This document shows, one piece after another, positions 47,271 through 60,006 of a DNA stretch of 64,000 nucleotides. The stretch comes from Selaginella moellendorffii (Eukaryota > Plantae > Lycopodiophyta). Position numbers and translations under genes: made by a program. Each line of letters opens with the position of its first letter. Positions within the stretch are counted from its first letter, which is position 1. Location of the stretch: positions 1,656,806 through 1,720,805 of the forward strand of contig NW_003314271.1 of assembly GCF_000143415.4 (NCBI RefSeq), written 5' to 3'. The notes below the pieces were generated by a model, which did no database searches, was not told the DNA's origin, and worked only from the letters and a program-made list of their open reading frames with translations.

Positions 47271-47445
47271 AGTGGAAGAGCCTTGGTTTGTTTCTCTCTC
47301 TCTTAAAATTTTGCTGATCTGTCGTCCTTATCTATGAAATCTCGAACTCATTCGGACATGAGAGTCAAAGAAAAGTCAATGAAAGTCAATTGCTGACTGG
47401 ATTTTGGATTTTGGATCTCACGAAATTTCAACCGTCCACTTGGAC

Positions 47446-49545
47446 ATGCAATTTCAGCCGTCCATTGGCTTGCAATGGAAGGAGACGAAGCACGGCGATG
47501 GGGATGGCGATGGCGAGATTGCTTTAGGCGCTTTTCGGCTGCGATCGTGCAGAGATGCCGGGGATCTGTCGCAATGCCGTGCAATTCACGCGGAGATCTT
47601 GGAGAGCTCCTTCCACCGCAACAAGTTCCTGCGCAATCTCCTCGTCGAGGCGTATGGCAGCTGCGGGAGCGTCCCGAGCGCGCGCCTGGTGTTTGATTCC
47701 ATCGACCGCCCCAATCTCTTCTCGTGGAACATATTGATCAAGGTCTACGCCGGCAATGGATTCGCGCGGGAGGCACTGGAGATCTATGCGCGGATGCAAC
47801 GCGACGGGACTCTCCAGCTCAACGCACACACGTATGCCACAGTTCTGGGTGTTTGCTGGGATCTGGAGCTGGGAAGAGAGATCCACTCCAAAATCCCGGA
47901 AGCTGGGCACGAATCTAACGAAGTTGTGGCAAATGGGCTCATCACGATGTACGCGAGATGCGGCAGCGTGGAGGAATCGAGAGCCGTCTTTGATAAAATC
48001 TGTGATCCCAATGTAGTCTCTTGGACGAGCATGATCACAGCGTATTCCCAAAACGGGCATTTAGAGGAGGCGAAAGAGCTGCTGGATAGAATGCCGGAAC
48101 CCAAAACCTATGCTTGCAATGTTCTAATCGCTGCACTCTGCGAGAGGGGTTTCATGGATCGAGCTAAGGATATATTTGATTCTCTGCCAGATCCTGATGT
48201 GGTGTCTAGAACCTCGATTCTTGTAGCATATGCCCGGTTTGGGCATCTGTATGAAGCGAGGCAAGTATTTGATGACATGAATGAGAGGAATGTTGTTTCG
48301 TGGAATGCGATGATCACTGGATATACACAAACGGGATTCTTGAGAGAAGCTTGGTATTTGTTTCAGAAAATGCCGATTAAAGATACCGTCTCGTGGACGA
48401 CCATGCTAACAGCATATGCCCAAAGCAAGAACTTGCGAGCAGCGAAGGAACTCTTTGATAAGATGGGAACAAAAGATCTTGTCTCGTGGAACGCGATGCT
48501 TGGGGCGTACTCTCACAGCGGTGTTGTTGTGGAGGCTAAAGATCTGTTCGATCAAATGCCAGAGAAAGATACCGTGTCCTGGAACACCTTGCTTGGAGCA
48601 TATGCTTTGCATGGGCATATTTCTCAAGCCGAGGCCCTCTTTGCCGAGATTCCATGCCCGAATCCAATTTCCTGGAACACCATGCTCACGTCGTACGCAT
48701 TCAACGATAGATTACAAGATGCCGAGTTGATGTTTGAGAGAATGAGGGATAAAAACGCGGTGTCCTGGAATATCCTGATCGCAGCATTTGCCGAGAAGGG
48801 GCAAGCGAAGAAGGCGATTGCGTTGGTCGTGAGGAAAGATCTGGAGGGATATCCCACAGACAAGTATACGCTTATTGGGATCTTCGATGCTTGTACGAGC
48901 TTGGGTGTGGCGGAAGATGGCAAGGCAGTCCATATGAGCGTTGTCGAGGCGGGCATCTTGTTTGACGATGCAGTTGGCGAGAGTCTCATCAACATGTACG
49001 CAAAGTGTGGCAGCCTGGACGACGCGAGAGCCCTCTTCGATAAATCCTCGAAGAACTCTGTCGACATCGCGGCGTGGAACTCGTTCATGGCCGCTTGCTC
49101 CACCGCCGGCTCTGGAGCCGAGGCGCTGGAGATTTTCCGGACGCTGGACCAGCACGGCCTTGAGCCGGACCACATCTCGTTCGTGAGGATTCTCTCAGCT
49201 TGCAGCCACGCCGGGATGATAGAGCACGCCAGGAGCTACTTCTCGTCCATCCCGGGGGACTATCACTCGGGAGTCACGATGGATCACTACCTGTGCATGG
49301 TTGACATGCTGGGTCGATCCGGGCGATTGAAACAAGCCCGGGAGCTGCTGGATTCCATGCCGTTTGAGCCCGACGTTATCGCATGGATGACGCTCCTCTC
49401 CGCTTGCAGTAACCACGGTGACACCACAGGTGGGATCGTGTCTGCTCGCCGGATAATCGAGCTCGAGCCCCAGACTAGCGGTCCATTCATCCTCCTCTCA
49501 AACATCTACAAGCAACTTGGGGGAACTCGAAAATCCGCCTTTTAA
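47446..49545 (+). CDS. PLS-class pentatricopeptide repeat protein ending in the E domain (no DYW), intronless
   Basis: Many S-type repeats (DTVSWNT..AY), HYLCMVDMLGRSG and FILLSNIY. The first in-frame ATG is at 47446. Confidence 0.92.
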   Translation: MQFQPSIGLQWKETKHGDGDGDGEIALGAFRLRSCRDAGDLSQCRAIHAEILESSFHRNKFLRNLLVEAYGSCGSVPSARLVFDSIDRPNLFSWNILIKVYAGNGFAREALEIYARMQRDGTLQLNAHTYATVLGVCWDLELGREIHSKIPEAGHESNEVVANGLITMYARCGSVEESRAVFDKICDPNVVSWTSMITAYSQNGHLEEAKELLDRMPEPKTYACNVLIAALCERGFMDRAKDIFDSLPDPDVVSRTSILVAYARFGHLYEARQVFDDMNERNVVSWNAMITGYTQTGFLREAWYLFQKMPIKDTVSWTTMLTAYAQSKNLRAAKELFDKMGTKDLVSWNAMLGAYSHSGVVVEAKDLFDQMPEKDTVSWNTLLGAYALHGHISQAEALFAEIPCPNPISWNTMLTSYAFNDRLQDAELMFERMRDKNAVSWNILIAAFAEKGQAKKAIALVVRKDLEGYPTDKYTLIGIFDACTSLGVAEDGKAVHMSVVEAGILFDDAVGESLINMYAKCGSLDDARALFDKSSKNSVDIAAWNSFMAACSTAGSGAEALEIFRTLDQHGLEPDHISFVRILSACSHAGMIEHARSYFSSIPGDYHSGVTMDHYLCMVDMLGRSGRLKQARELLDSMPFEPDVIAWMTLLSACSNHGDTTGGIVSARRIIELEPQTSGPFILLSNIYKQLGGTRKSAF

Positions 49546-51299
49546 CATCATTTGGTTCAAATAATAATAATGTAAAGAAGTGCACTGTGGCTCATTAGAA
49601 ATATTTCCTTTTTAGCTGAACTATCATGTATGTTTTGCCACTAAGTGTCTAGAGCTCTTGGTTTATTCAAAACATTCTCAAAGCATTTTGGCATAGCATT
49701 TTTTATTGTATGCCCCATGCTCATGATAAGTGAGTTCCATGCAAAGAAGGAAGCAGCGCCATGGGCAAAAGGTCTTTTGCTTCTTCCATCCTCTTGTTGT
49801 GAATATAAGCCACCACATTGCCTAAGTCTGGCTCTTCAATGGAAAAGAGGTTCCATACTGAGTGTAGAACACCAGTGTCCTTGACTTCTCATAGAGGCTG
49901 TGCTGGCTTCTTCCACATAGCAAGTTATCCACAAGAAGATCAAGATCAAAGTCGAAGAGGGAGGAGAAAGTAAATGCATGGCACCTTGCAGCCCTTATGT
50001 GAGCATTGTGTTTGAGATCAGAGTTTGCTAGCAGAAAGACGCGTCTCGATGACTTCTCTTCAAATTCAGATCTGTCCATCAAAACCGTGACAGGGATTAA
50101 TCTCTATGTGCTAACCGACCCGCAGCAAGCCTACAGATTGTTGGCCGGATCAAAGCTACAATGAGGAGCCACTCATGATCATATCGTTGGCAACAGTGCG
50201 AAGTTTAGTCCGTGATCTGGGGAGCAGTGAGCTCGCGAAGTCCTCATTCCCGGTGGCCAAGTTGCTGATGATAAGGAATTAATCAAGACCGTGACATTGA
50301 ACAGGGTATGGTGATTACGATTTTTAAAACATAATAAAAGAAATAAATCACACTTGGTGGCCGATATCTTCTGCCTCGTGATCGTTTTCGTCAGTCTGCT
50401 AGGCACTAAGTCAGGATAATAGGTATGATGGAGGCCATCAAATAAGAATCTGAACCATACAAACAGCATAAAAAAGAGAATATGCTAAAACTGGAAAATA
50501 TGCTAAATTAGGACTTTATAAATTAGTTTAATTAGACTAATTTAACACTAAGCATTTCAACCATTAACTATCACAACAAATTCGAAAACCTTGCTGACAA
50601 ACTCTAGCTACAAAATTTAACTTCTAACTCTACTGACCTTCCTATGTTAGTTGTAGGCCTCCTCTTGAAGCACATGCACCATGCTTCAACTTTGATGGTT
50701 TTTATATCCTTCAAAAGATGTTTTACCATTTATAGAATGGTAATTTTTATAAAAAAATTATGAACAATTATAAATCTAGTATGATTTTTAACCATAAAAT
50801 ACTGTTAATAAAGAGTTAAACATATAGAGTACCAGGTAAATGGACAGATTATTTCCCATGTTTTGAGCTATGAGGTATTTATGCTTATAAAACATCATTG
50901 AACTTGATTGTATTTTATATTTATAAGTGAAAAGTAGATCTCAAACAAACCCTTCAAAAGAAAAAATGAGTTATTCTTCAAAGTTGAGACATGGCTTGTG
51001 CCACAACCTACTTATTTGTGTTGTGCTTATTTGTTTTAAATGATTCTCACAACAATAAGAAATGATAACATTAAGTTTAACCAAAAACTCTGCTTGATAG
51101 TTTGAATTTAGAGTAGCAATTAGTACAATTGTTTGATAGTATATAGTTGCAATTGAACAATTAGACTCAATTGATGGCAATATTTATAGTATGTGGTGTA
51201 GCTCCTTTTGCTCTTACTGCTAATCCTTGTGTTTAGCCAAAGTTCTTCTATGAGAAACTTAAAGATGATATATACCATTAGTTTAATCACTTTATAGTG

Positions 51300-52980
51300 A
51301 TTGCCCTTTATCATTCTTAAGATGATGCTTGGCATTTACACAAATTTACCATATATCTCTAAGGGATAAAGTTGCAATGGTACAATGGTTTAAATACAAC
51401 CATTTATGCAAATTAAAACCTTCTCTAAGGCATATTTAGATATTTGACAATTTTAATAATTCTTTCCAAAAATTGCATCATCTCTAGTAAGGGTTGCCTT
51501 TAGAGCCTTTTGCTTTATGCAGAGCCAACTATATTAGAGTGAATCAAGTTGAGAATGTTGTGACTAGTGCTTTATCAAGATTTTGTAGAATTTATATATG
51601 CATTTGCTCCTACCACCATTGACAATGTTTTTCAACAGGCAAAATACTATCAGCCATCACCTTTTTTATTTATCATTGGCCATAATATCCACTACTGGTC
51701 GTATGATGAGGTTGGGCACATGTATTGGCATTGTGATGTTTAGTGTTGAGCGTGTGATAAGAGTGGCCACATATATTAGCATTATCGACGTTTTCTAGAT
51801 TAGCGTCTTCTATTTCTTGGGTGAAGTCTCATCAACAACATTCTATTAAAGCTATTACAATAAAAAATCTTGACATAAAGATTTTCTAGGAAATGAAAAA
51901 TTGCACAAGTAATGGAGGGTCTTTGTACAAATAAGTTAGTAACCCTTCCATTATTCTTTTAGGAGTATCATTAAGGAGTTCATTTGGCACTAGTTCATTC
52001 AATATTTACTTTTCAAACTCATTTTTATAACAAGATATCTTTTTTATTTTCTCTATGTTAGTTAATACAAGTTTAAGTTTATCTTTTATTGCTTAGCATG
52101 TTGCCACACATTGCCATGTATAGTTATATCATGTGGTAAAGCCAGTCTTTATTCTTTATGGCAATAGTCGTACACATGTATATAGATAAGATAAAGTGAA
52201 TTTAGTTATGCATGTGGGTGATTCTAAGTTTATGATTCATTGTTGCAAATGGTGCCAAGTTAAATTGTTTACCTTATCCATAGTATAGATTAGTTGCAAT
52301 GCAATCATGCTAAGTATTAATTTAAAGCTTTTCCCCCTTATTTTATATTTTCTCATTCTAAGTAGGCATATCATATGACTAAAAAACCACATAGATCTTT
52401 CTATTGGTTATAGATGCAATGTGATGTTATTCAGTATGTGAGTAATTGTATTTGGTGCTAAAGTTGTAATACTTCCCCTCATTCTATGAAAGGACAATTA
52501 AAGTCATTTGTATTTCCATCTATTTAAGTTGGTGGCATTTGATATGATAGAACCTTTTCCATAGTCAACTACTAGCAGTGAATATATCATTATTGCTTAT
52601 GATTATTTGATTCATAGAGTGGAAGTTGGTGCTCTTGCTAGTGCACCTGCAACTATTGTTAAATACTTCCTCTTAAATTGAGTAATGTTCTAGCATTCCT
52701 ATCTTGAATGAATTCTTTAGGATAATAATCCCATATTTATGGCTGAGGCATTTCACACTTTAATATCTCGGTTGGGGATACACCACACTTTCACAAGTGT
52801 TTATCATTCACAATCAGATAGTTTGGTAGAATAACTCTTTCAAACTTTCAAAAGAATAATTGTAAAGTTTGTAAACTTTCAATATTTGAATTGAGATGGT
52901 TATTTGCCATATCTATTATACCGCATGTGATCATGGGATGAGATTTACATATACTGTCACCGTGGATCCTTGGAACTTTG
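51300..52980 (+). mobile_element. Decayed Ty3/gypsy pol remnants (RNase H end, integrase core)
   Basis: NVVTSALSR (NVVADALSR-like) at about 51555; W.FD.I.PFP...YIIIAYDYL...VE at about 52535-52625; DN.P.F and FTS.YHSQSD.LVE at about 52720-52830; many stops. Confidence 0.7.
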
Positions 52981-53097
52981 GGAAATAAATAGGGATAAAA
53001 TAGCCACTAAAGGCTCTTTCATCAAGCAATTACCTTTTTTCCAGTTGGTTTAAAAGAAGCGAGATAAGGTGCGTTACATTTGTAGTATATATATGTC

Positions 53098-53463
53098 ATA
53101 AAAGTACAAAGTTCTATTAGTGTTTCACCATATAAACTCTTATATAGTCATGATTTGATACTACCAATGAAGTTGAGTTTACCTTTGCAATTGCCAAAAA
53201 CTATGGATACTAAGTCTTAGGATTAGTATTTAATGACTATTCTTCCACTAATTTTAGTGAAGTCTATTAAACATTTGGGCATAAAGGTACAAAGTTTTAT
53301 TAGTGTTTCACCATATAAACTCTTATATAGTTATAATTTGATACTACCAACAGAGTTGAATTTACCTTTGAAATTGCCAAAAACTATGGATATTAGGTCT
53401 TAGGATTAGTATTTAATGATTATTTTTCCACTAATTTCAGTGAAGTCTATTGAACATTTGGGC
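53098..53463. repeat. Tandem duplication, 2 x 183 bp
   Basis: ataaa(a/g)gtacaaagtt...acatttgggc at 53098-53280 and 53281-53463, with few substitutions. Confidence 0.92.
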
Positions 53464-54646
53464 TGCATACAAGTGGGACAACAACAAATTATAACTCTCA
53501 TTATTATCTATTTGTGGAGTATAAAGTGAATGACTTGATGTTTAATTCTTTTTCTTAGTTTTATAGTATATGTTTTGTCTAAGGGGCTCTTTACTCAGTG
53601 TAAGGGACTATATTGAGTATTGTGGCAAGTTAGACTGCAAATTTATAAAATTTGGCATAACATTCAATAAGTTGATCTTCCAAAAATTATGCATATTCAT
53701 CAATTAAAGTGCTTTATACAAAGGGATAAAAAACAATTGGCATAATTCATAAATTTATTAGTACCTCTTTTTAATGTTCCTTTAGATCCCAATTTATGAA
53801 CTAAAAATTTCAATTGCCTTCCATCCTTTTGAGAGGAAAAAATGATGTGAGGTCCAAGTGTACATTTATGATGCCATATACTATTATTAACATAGTGGCA
53901 TTTTGGTAGTTATTGCATTTATTTTAATCCAGACCATTTACTTTTATATATGAGCTAGGGTTTTTGTGTTAATCAAATATACACATTTTTTAATTCTATT
54001 TCTCACAAAATAATATTAAATTTTAGTTTATAAAATATTTATTCAATTATTTATAATTTTTAAAATTTGATAGTACAGAAAAATGTTAATTACATTACAA
54101 GATCTTAAAATGAAAAGAAATTTAAGTTTTAATGAAATTTATGTTTTAGTATAGAGAGTGGTATGTTTTATATTGAGAAGTAAACTTTTTAATTCCCTAT
54201 AAGTATTTATAAATAAATAAATTTAAGTTTAGGTATAAAAAATTTAATGTTTTATACCACTAAATATACATTTGGAAAATATTAAATATTGTGAAATGCA
54301 ATAATTAGTATTCTAGAAATTTTATTGTCACATGCATTATTGGAATTACATATATGCTATTTTTTTCTAAATGTAAATTAAAACTTCTGATTGTATAGAT
54401 CAATTTTATATAAATTAACATATAATAAAATTTAATATATATAATTCAGTTTAATTTATAATTTTGCTTCAAATGATTTGTTATTTTATTATTTTGTAGC
54501 ATGATGGTTTTTAAAATATACAAAAAATAAAAAATCAGGATAAATTATTTTGATTTTAACTACTAAAATAAACCAATGTTGTTATTTTTGGCTAAAGGTG
54601 CTTTCCAAGGGTTTAGAAATTTAGGGCTGGTATAGAGATCGAAGTT

Positions 54647-55555
54647 ATGGAGGAGCGTGCGAGCGACGACATTCAAGCTTCCTCGTCTTCCTCATGGCTG
54701 CTTGCGCTGATGGGTGTGACGAACTTCTTCAAGTGTTGCCCGACCCATCCAGAGGTCGGTCCGGGTACTCGAAAGCTCGCCTCGTTTTGCCGTGCCTGCG
54801 AGAAAGCCCTTTGCAAGGAGTGCGACCAGCGCGATCACAAGGCCTGCAAGCCAAACATCCTGCAGATCCTCAGCGCGTCCAGGTTTGCGGCGTTGAAGGT
54901 CGACGACATCGCGCCCCTGATCGACACCTCCGGCCTGGAGACGTTCAAGATCAACGGCAACTACATCCACTTCCTGCACGGGAGGCCGCGAAATGCAACC
55001 TTGGCAAACAAGAACCAGTGCCGCCATTGCAATAGGGTGCTCCTCACCACGGTCTCGCTCTACTGCTCGATCCAGTGTAAGTATCGCTGCAATGCCGATC
55101 TCGCGCCGAGACCGCTGGCTCGGCCAGTCCAGCCCGAAGATTTTCAAGCCAGGGCTGCTCGCGTGGTCCGACACCGGGAGCCGCAAGACCATCGTAACTT
55201 TGTGGAGAATCGAGAAGCCCTTAAGGTCGAGGTTGATCAACAAACGCTAGAAATGGCCAACGTACTCGAGGCCATCTTGGTCAAGGTGCCAAAGCGCAAG
55301 AGGGTGTCTGACGCTAATCAAAGGGTTGCCACCATTTTTTGCCAGAGGGTGTGTGTCGATGATCAGAGGGTCGACCAACTGGCCATGAGTAAGAAGCGGA
55401 GGAGAGGCTCGCAACCGGAACCGGAGGAAGATCGAAAACGAAGCAAACGGAGGAACTCTCGGCGGGAGAAAGAGGAGATGGATCCTTGGGCCCTGGAGGA
55501 TGAGGAGAGAGAGTTCTGGACGTTCCCGAGGAATGGAAGATCGCCCTCCTTCTAA
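54647..55555 (+). CDS. PLATZ zinc-dependent transcription factor, intronless, divergent
   Basis: C..H...FC..C....C..C....H; LQI....LKV.DI..LID.SG.ETF.IN...I.FL..RP; C..C.R.L.....YCSI.CK; basic NLS-like C-terminus. Confidence 0.88.
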   Translation: MEERASDDIQASSSSSWLLALMGVTNFFKCCPTHPEVGPGTRKLASFCRACEKALCKECDQRDHKACKPNILQILSASRFAALKVDDIAPLIDTSGLETFKINGNYIHFLHGRPRNATLANKNQCRHCNRVLLTTVSLYCSIQCKYRCNADLAPRPLARPVQPEDFQARAARVVRHREPQDHRNFVENREALKVEVDQQTLEMANVLEAILVKVPKRKRVSDANQRVATIFCQRVCVDDQRVDQLAMSKKRRRGSQPEPEEDRKRSKRRNSRREKEEMDPWALEDEEREFWTFPRNGRSPSF

Positions 55556-55703
55556 GACAGCTTTGAAGTTTGTTAACTGCGCTCGATCGATCGGCATGGT
55601 CTAAGAATAGTTTTGTGTATTCCAAGTTTGTTGTAAACATGGTGTATTTACTTTTTTTTTCTCAAGAAGATCTTCTCTATCGACCATTTTCTCAAGAAGA
55701 TCG

Positions 55704-58154
55704 TCAATCCAATGTTGTCTGGTACATGTTTCGCATAAACACATAAGCCACGGCCTGGTCGCGATCCAGTTCCACCAGCGCGTCAAAAGCTAGCTTCCCA
55801 AGCTCGGCATTCTTCCACCTCTGGCAAGCTCCCAAGATGGTCCTCCAGATCAAATCTCCCGGCTTGAGAGTCATTGACCTCGCCATCTCCACCGCCGCCT
55901 CCACCTGGTTCGCGCGGCAAAGCATGTCCACCATGCACACGTAGTGTTCCATCCCCGGGACGATCCCAAACTTGGAAGCCATGGCGTGGAAGCACCGCTC
56001 GCCCGAGTGGACGAGCCCGGCATGGCTGCACGCCGCGAGAACGCAAAGAAGCGCCACACCGTCGGGCTTGACGCCCTCGTCCACCATCTCTCCAAAGAGC
56101 TCAAGAACACGCCGGCTATCCCCCTCCCGGCCATACGCACCGAGCAAGGCCGTCCAGGCCATCAGATCCTCGGAGCTCGAGCGCGAGGAATCGAAGAGCC
56201 GCTGGGCAGCCGCGAGATCGCCACACTTCCCATGAACGTCGATCAAAGAGTTTGCCAGGGGCGCGTAGCTCTCGAGCCCGGAACGCGACAAATCCGCGTG
56301 GATGGCCCGCGCGGCGTCCAGCGCCGCCGCCGCGCCACACGCCGAGAGCGCCGCCAAGAAGAGCTGTGGATCCGGCGGTCGCTGGAGGCGGAGGCGGGCG
56401 AAGATCTCCAGCGCCGCCTCCGCCTCGCCGCTCTCGGCGTAGCCGACCATCAGGCGCGTCCACGGCACGAACTCTCCCGCCGGTAGAGCGTCGCAAAGTT
56501 TGCGAGCCTCCGCCAGCCCGCCGCCGCGATGCTCCGCCACTCCTCCGCCACCACACTTGGCATACATCTCCACCAGCGAGCTCGCCACGAAGCCATCCAA
56601 GGCGAGGCCCAGCTCCGCTGCTCGCGCGTGGATCTCCACGCCGCGATGGAGCAGCCCGAGCTCCCCGCATGCCTTGATCGCCGCCACGATCGAGCCAGCT
56701 CCTTCAGTGCTGGAAAAGAGCTCCAGCGCTACGCGGGCCTGGCCGTGATCGACGTAGCCGAGCATCATCGCGTTCCACGACGCGGTGGAGTGGAGCTCCA
56801 TGCGATCGAACGCAATCCTCGCGTCGAGCAGGCTGCCACACCGCGCGTAGAGATCGATGAGCGTGGTCGCGACAAGGGTGTTTGTTCCAAGCCCGGATGT
56901 CCACGCTCGAGCGTGGATCCTCATCGCCCTCGCCAGGGAATCTATCTTCATCTTCATCCCGGCTATGGAGCTCGATTCTTCCTCCTTGATCGAGAGCCGC
57001 GAGCACGCCTTGAGCGCCGCCACGAACGTGAGCTCGTTTGGCGAGTGGAATCGATCGAAAGCGTCGAGGGCGATCGCCTCCTCTCCATTCTCGCCATAGC
57101 CGGCGATGAGCGCCGTCCAGGAGACCACGTCCTTCTCCTCCATAGCGTCGAAGATCCGGCGAGCCATCGCCATGGCGCCACACTTGGCATACATATCCAC
57201 CAGCCCGTTGGCCACGAAGCTCTCGCGATCCATGCCACTCTCCCCTGCGATCCTCCCAATCTCCATCGCCTCGAGCGAGCTCTCCCGGCCCTCCTCGCGA
57301 TCGATCCGTGTAGCGAGCATGGAGCACGCCTTGATCGCCGCGACGAAACCCCGGGAATCCACCGCGCAGCAGCGATGGAAGAGCTCGATCGCCACCTCCG
57401 GCGACCCATTCTCGGCGAATCCCAGCATGAGCGCGTTCCAGGACGAGGCGCTGCGCTGCGGCATTGCATCAAACACCCCGCGAGCTTCGATCAACCGCCC
57501 AGCCTTGCAGTAGAAATCCACGATCGCGTTGGCGACGAAGACGTTGGCGTCACAGCCGGCTCTCCTCGCCTGGCGATGGATCGCGATCCCTCGATCCAGG
57601 AACGCGGATGATCCGCCACTATCTCGATCGATTCCACCGCTGCAAGCCTTGATCGCCGCGACGAAGCTCCCGGCGTTGGTCTCTTCCATAATCGAGAAGA
57701 GCTCGAGCGCGAGCTCTGGATGCCCATTGCGGGCATAGCCGAGGAGCAGCGAGTTCCACGCCACCACGTCCCGGCGAGGCCCCATCTCCTCGAAAGCTCG
57801 CTTCGCAATATCCATGCGTGCGCATCGCGCGTACATGGTGACGATCGAGCTCGCGACGTAGACGTTGCTGCTGCTGCTGGAGGCGAGATTGGCGATGGCG
57901 CCGCCCATCTCGAGATCGCGCAGGGCGGTACATGCCTGGAGCGCCGGGAGGAGGAGATGGAAGTCGTGGTGTTCTTGGGCGATGCTAGGCTGGGAGGCAT
58001 GGCGGAGATGGGTCGAACGAGATTGAGCTACTGCGATCGAGGAGAGGCCGAGAACATACCGCGCGAGGACGAGACGATCGCGAGAGCACCGCTCACACAA
58101 GAACATCCATGCCCTAGCCAAGCGGCTAGAGACCACCCTTCCTCCAAGGACCAC
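55704..58154 (-). CDS. PLS-class pentatricopeptide repeat protein with partial E domain, intronless
   Basis: Repeated N.FVA..LVDMYAKCG / DVVSW.AL..GYA.NG, EHYVCMVDML and AYVFMRNMY. The first in-frame ATG is at about 58106. Confidence 0.9.
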   Translation of the reverse strand: MVLGGRVVSSRLARAWMFLCERCSRDRLVLARYVLGLSSIAVAQSRSTHLRHASQPSIAQEHHDFHLLLPALQACTALRDLEMGGAIANLASSSSSNVYVASSIVTMYARCARMDIAKRAFEEMGPRRDVVAWNSLLLGYARNGHPELALELFSIMEETNAGSFVAAIKACSGGIDRDSGGSSAFLDRGIAIHRQARRAGCDANVFVANAIVDFYCKAGRLIEARGVFDAMPQRSASSWNALMLGFAENGSPEVAIELFHRCCAVDSRGFVAAIKACSMLATRIDREEGRESSLEAMEIGRIAGESGMDRESFVANGLVDMYAKCGAMAMARRIFDAMEEKDVVSWTALIAGYGENGEEAIALDAFDRFHSPNELTFVAALKACSRLSIKEEESSSIAGMKMKIDSLARAMRIHARAWTSGLGTNTLVATTLIDLYARCGSLLDARIAFDRMELHSTASWNAMMLGYVDHGQARVALELFSSTEGAGSIVAAIKACGELGLLHRGVEIHARAAELGLALDGFVASSLVEMYAKCGGGGVAEHRGGGLAEARKLCDALPAGEFVPWTRLMVGYAESGEAEAALEIFARLRLQRPPDPQLFLAALSACGAAAALDAARAIHADLSRSGLESYAPLANSLIDVHGKCGDLAAAQRLFDSSRSSSEDLMAWTALLGAYGREGDSRRVLELFGEMVDEGVKPDGVALLCVLAACSHAGLVHSGERCFHAMASKFGIVPGMEHYVCMVDMLCRANQVEAAVEMARSMTLKPGDLIWRTILGACQRWKNAELGKLAFDALVELDRDQAVAYVFMRNMYQTTLD

Positions 58155-58466
58155 ATTTTCGCTGAAAATTTCTTGGCGAGCCCATCACATCCTCCGGAGA
58201 AATGCTTTTCGATCCAGCTCGCGGTCGAGAAACCATAGCAATTTTCACCTGGAAGATCTATACAACTAAGATCACGACGAGAGAAGAACAAAAGAAACGA
58301 AGAACAAAAAACACGAGAAAAACTTCTTAGTACACATTCCTTCGAAACATGATATCCTCGGGAACAACTCTGGAATCACGCTGATAAGCTCGAGAGAAAT
58401 CGAAAGGAAAAGCGAGTGAAAAAGAAGCTTACAACTCTGGTGGAGCTCTCACGGAATGCGGTGGAA

Positions 58467-59857
58467 TCAATCCCAGAGGAAAGTTATGTCCCCAGCTCGT
58501 CTTAGCACCATGGCCTGCAAAACCTGCGCAGCAGCAGACATGGAAACGCACTGTACCGGTGAGAAAACCTCCATCCCCTGAAAGCTTGTAGAAATACCGT
58601 AGTACTTGTAGTAATTGTACTTTGAAGTTGCCGGATGAACCGATGAGTCGGAAGCTTGATCCCTGTCCTGCCGCTGCTTTCGCCACTTCTTCTTGACTCG
58701 CCTCGGCCGCGGCGGAGGGATGACATCGTCGAGCTGCATCTGCGAGCTCCCGGGGCGCTCCATCATCTTGCACTTGTCGCAAAACTCGTCGTCGTCGAGG
58801 TCTTCTTCCTGGTGGTAGCGTTGCGATTGTTTGTCTTCGTAGCGTTGCTGGTGTTTGTCTTCGTAGCGCTGGCGTTTATCTTCGTATCGCTGGTTTTTCT
58901 CTTCGTATCGCTGGCTATCTTCTTCATTGTCTCGACTTGGACTTCTCCTGTGGATTCGATCGTGCCGTGAGAAAAGGAGAAAAACGAGAAGACTTCTCTT
59001 GGATACCTGATGCAAATGTTGAAGACTTTGTGTGCCGGCGATCTTCTTCCAGTGTCGTCCTTCTTCCCTACGTAGATCTTGCCTTCGTACGCTTTTTGGC
59101 CGCGAGGGCTCTCTCGGTCGCCATACGAAGATCGTCCGGGAGAGCTTTGAGCCCGGTCGTGCTCGCAGCGAGAGGTTGTAAGCGGGGTCTCGTCATCGTA
59201 GTACTCTTCACGACACGTCTTGTTGCTGCGAGGGCTGATTCTAGGACTCTCTGAAATAAAAAGAAGAAGAAACAATCAGCAAACTTCGATCAATTGAGTT
59301 TTTCTTTTTTACCGAACTTGGGATGTTGGAAGAGAGATCACAAGAGATCACCAGGCTTTTGATCGCGTTTTTGTAGCCGGAGTTGCTCCACCTCGCTCCG
59401 GCACTCCTCCAGCTGCTTGGTAAGCAACTCCCATTTCTTCTCGCATTTCTCGTGCAGCGCCTCGAGATTTAGATTGGGCACGGTCTGTGGCCGCTGCTGC
59501 TGCTGCTGCTTTTGCTTCTCCGCCAGCGCCTAGAACAAGAAACCAAGAAACAAAAAATTTCCATCGTTTAGTTTAGTCGCTTGCTTGCGCCCATTGAAAT
59601 CACGGCTACTCAAAACCTGGCAACCCATGATCGACCACTCTGGGGGATCTAGCCTAGGGCTGGAAGCGTACCTCGGCGCGCCTGGCCACCGCCGCCGACG
59701 CTGGGCGGGAGAGCTTGTAGAAATTTCCATACTCCATGTTGCAAGTGAGCCATCGATCGGGCGAGTCGACGGCAGTGCAGTCGTGGAGCGCCTCGAATGC
59801 GCCGACGCTGGCGTTGGCATTGGGCGTAGGGCTGGGGCTGGAGGAGGCGGCCGCCAT
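58467..59857 (-). CDS. Hypothetical multi-exon protein (coiled coil, SPR and QRYEDK repeats)
   Basis: ATG 59857 (MAAASSSPSP) with in-frame GT-AG joined exons covering ORF pieces 58763-59275 and 58467-59015; no family recognised. Confidence 0.5.
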
Positions 59858-60006
59858 CCCAATCGAGCTCCGGAGGAGGGCGGCATTCTCGCCGGATTGC
59901 CACGCAAGACTTAAAAACCTATCCACTTGGCGCGTCGAGATGCACCCACATCAGCTCCTATCCACAACATTTTTAAATTTCTGGCGCCAAAAGTTTTAAA
60001 GTGGCT

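Noticed and set aside
55783-58238. Long antisense and alternate-frame ORFs over the PPR gene (likewise over 47.5-49.5 kb and 38-40 kb)
   Set aside because: They are shadow ORFs of GC-rich coding sequence with no recognisable motifs.
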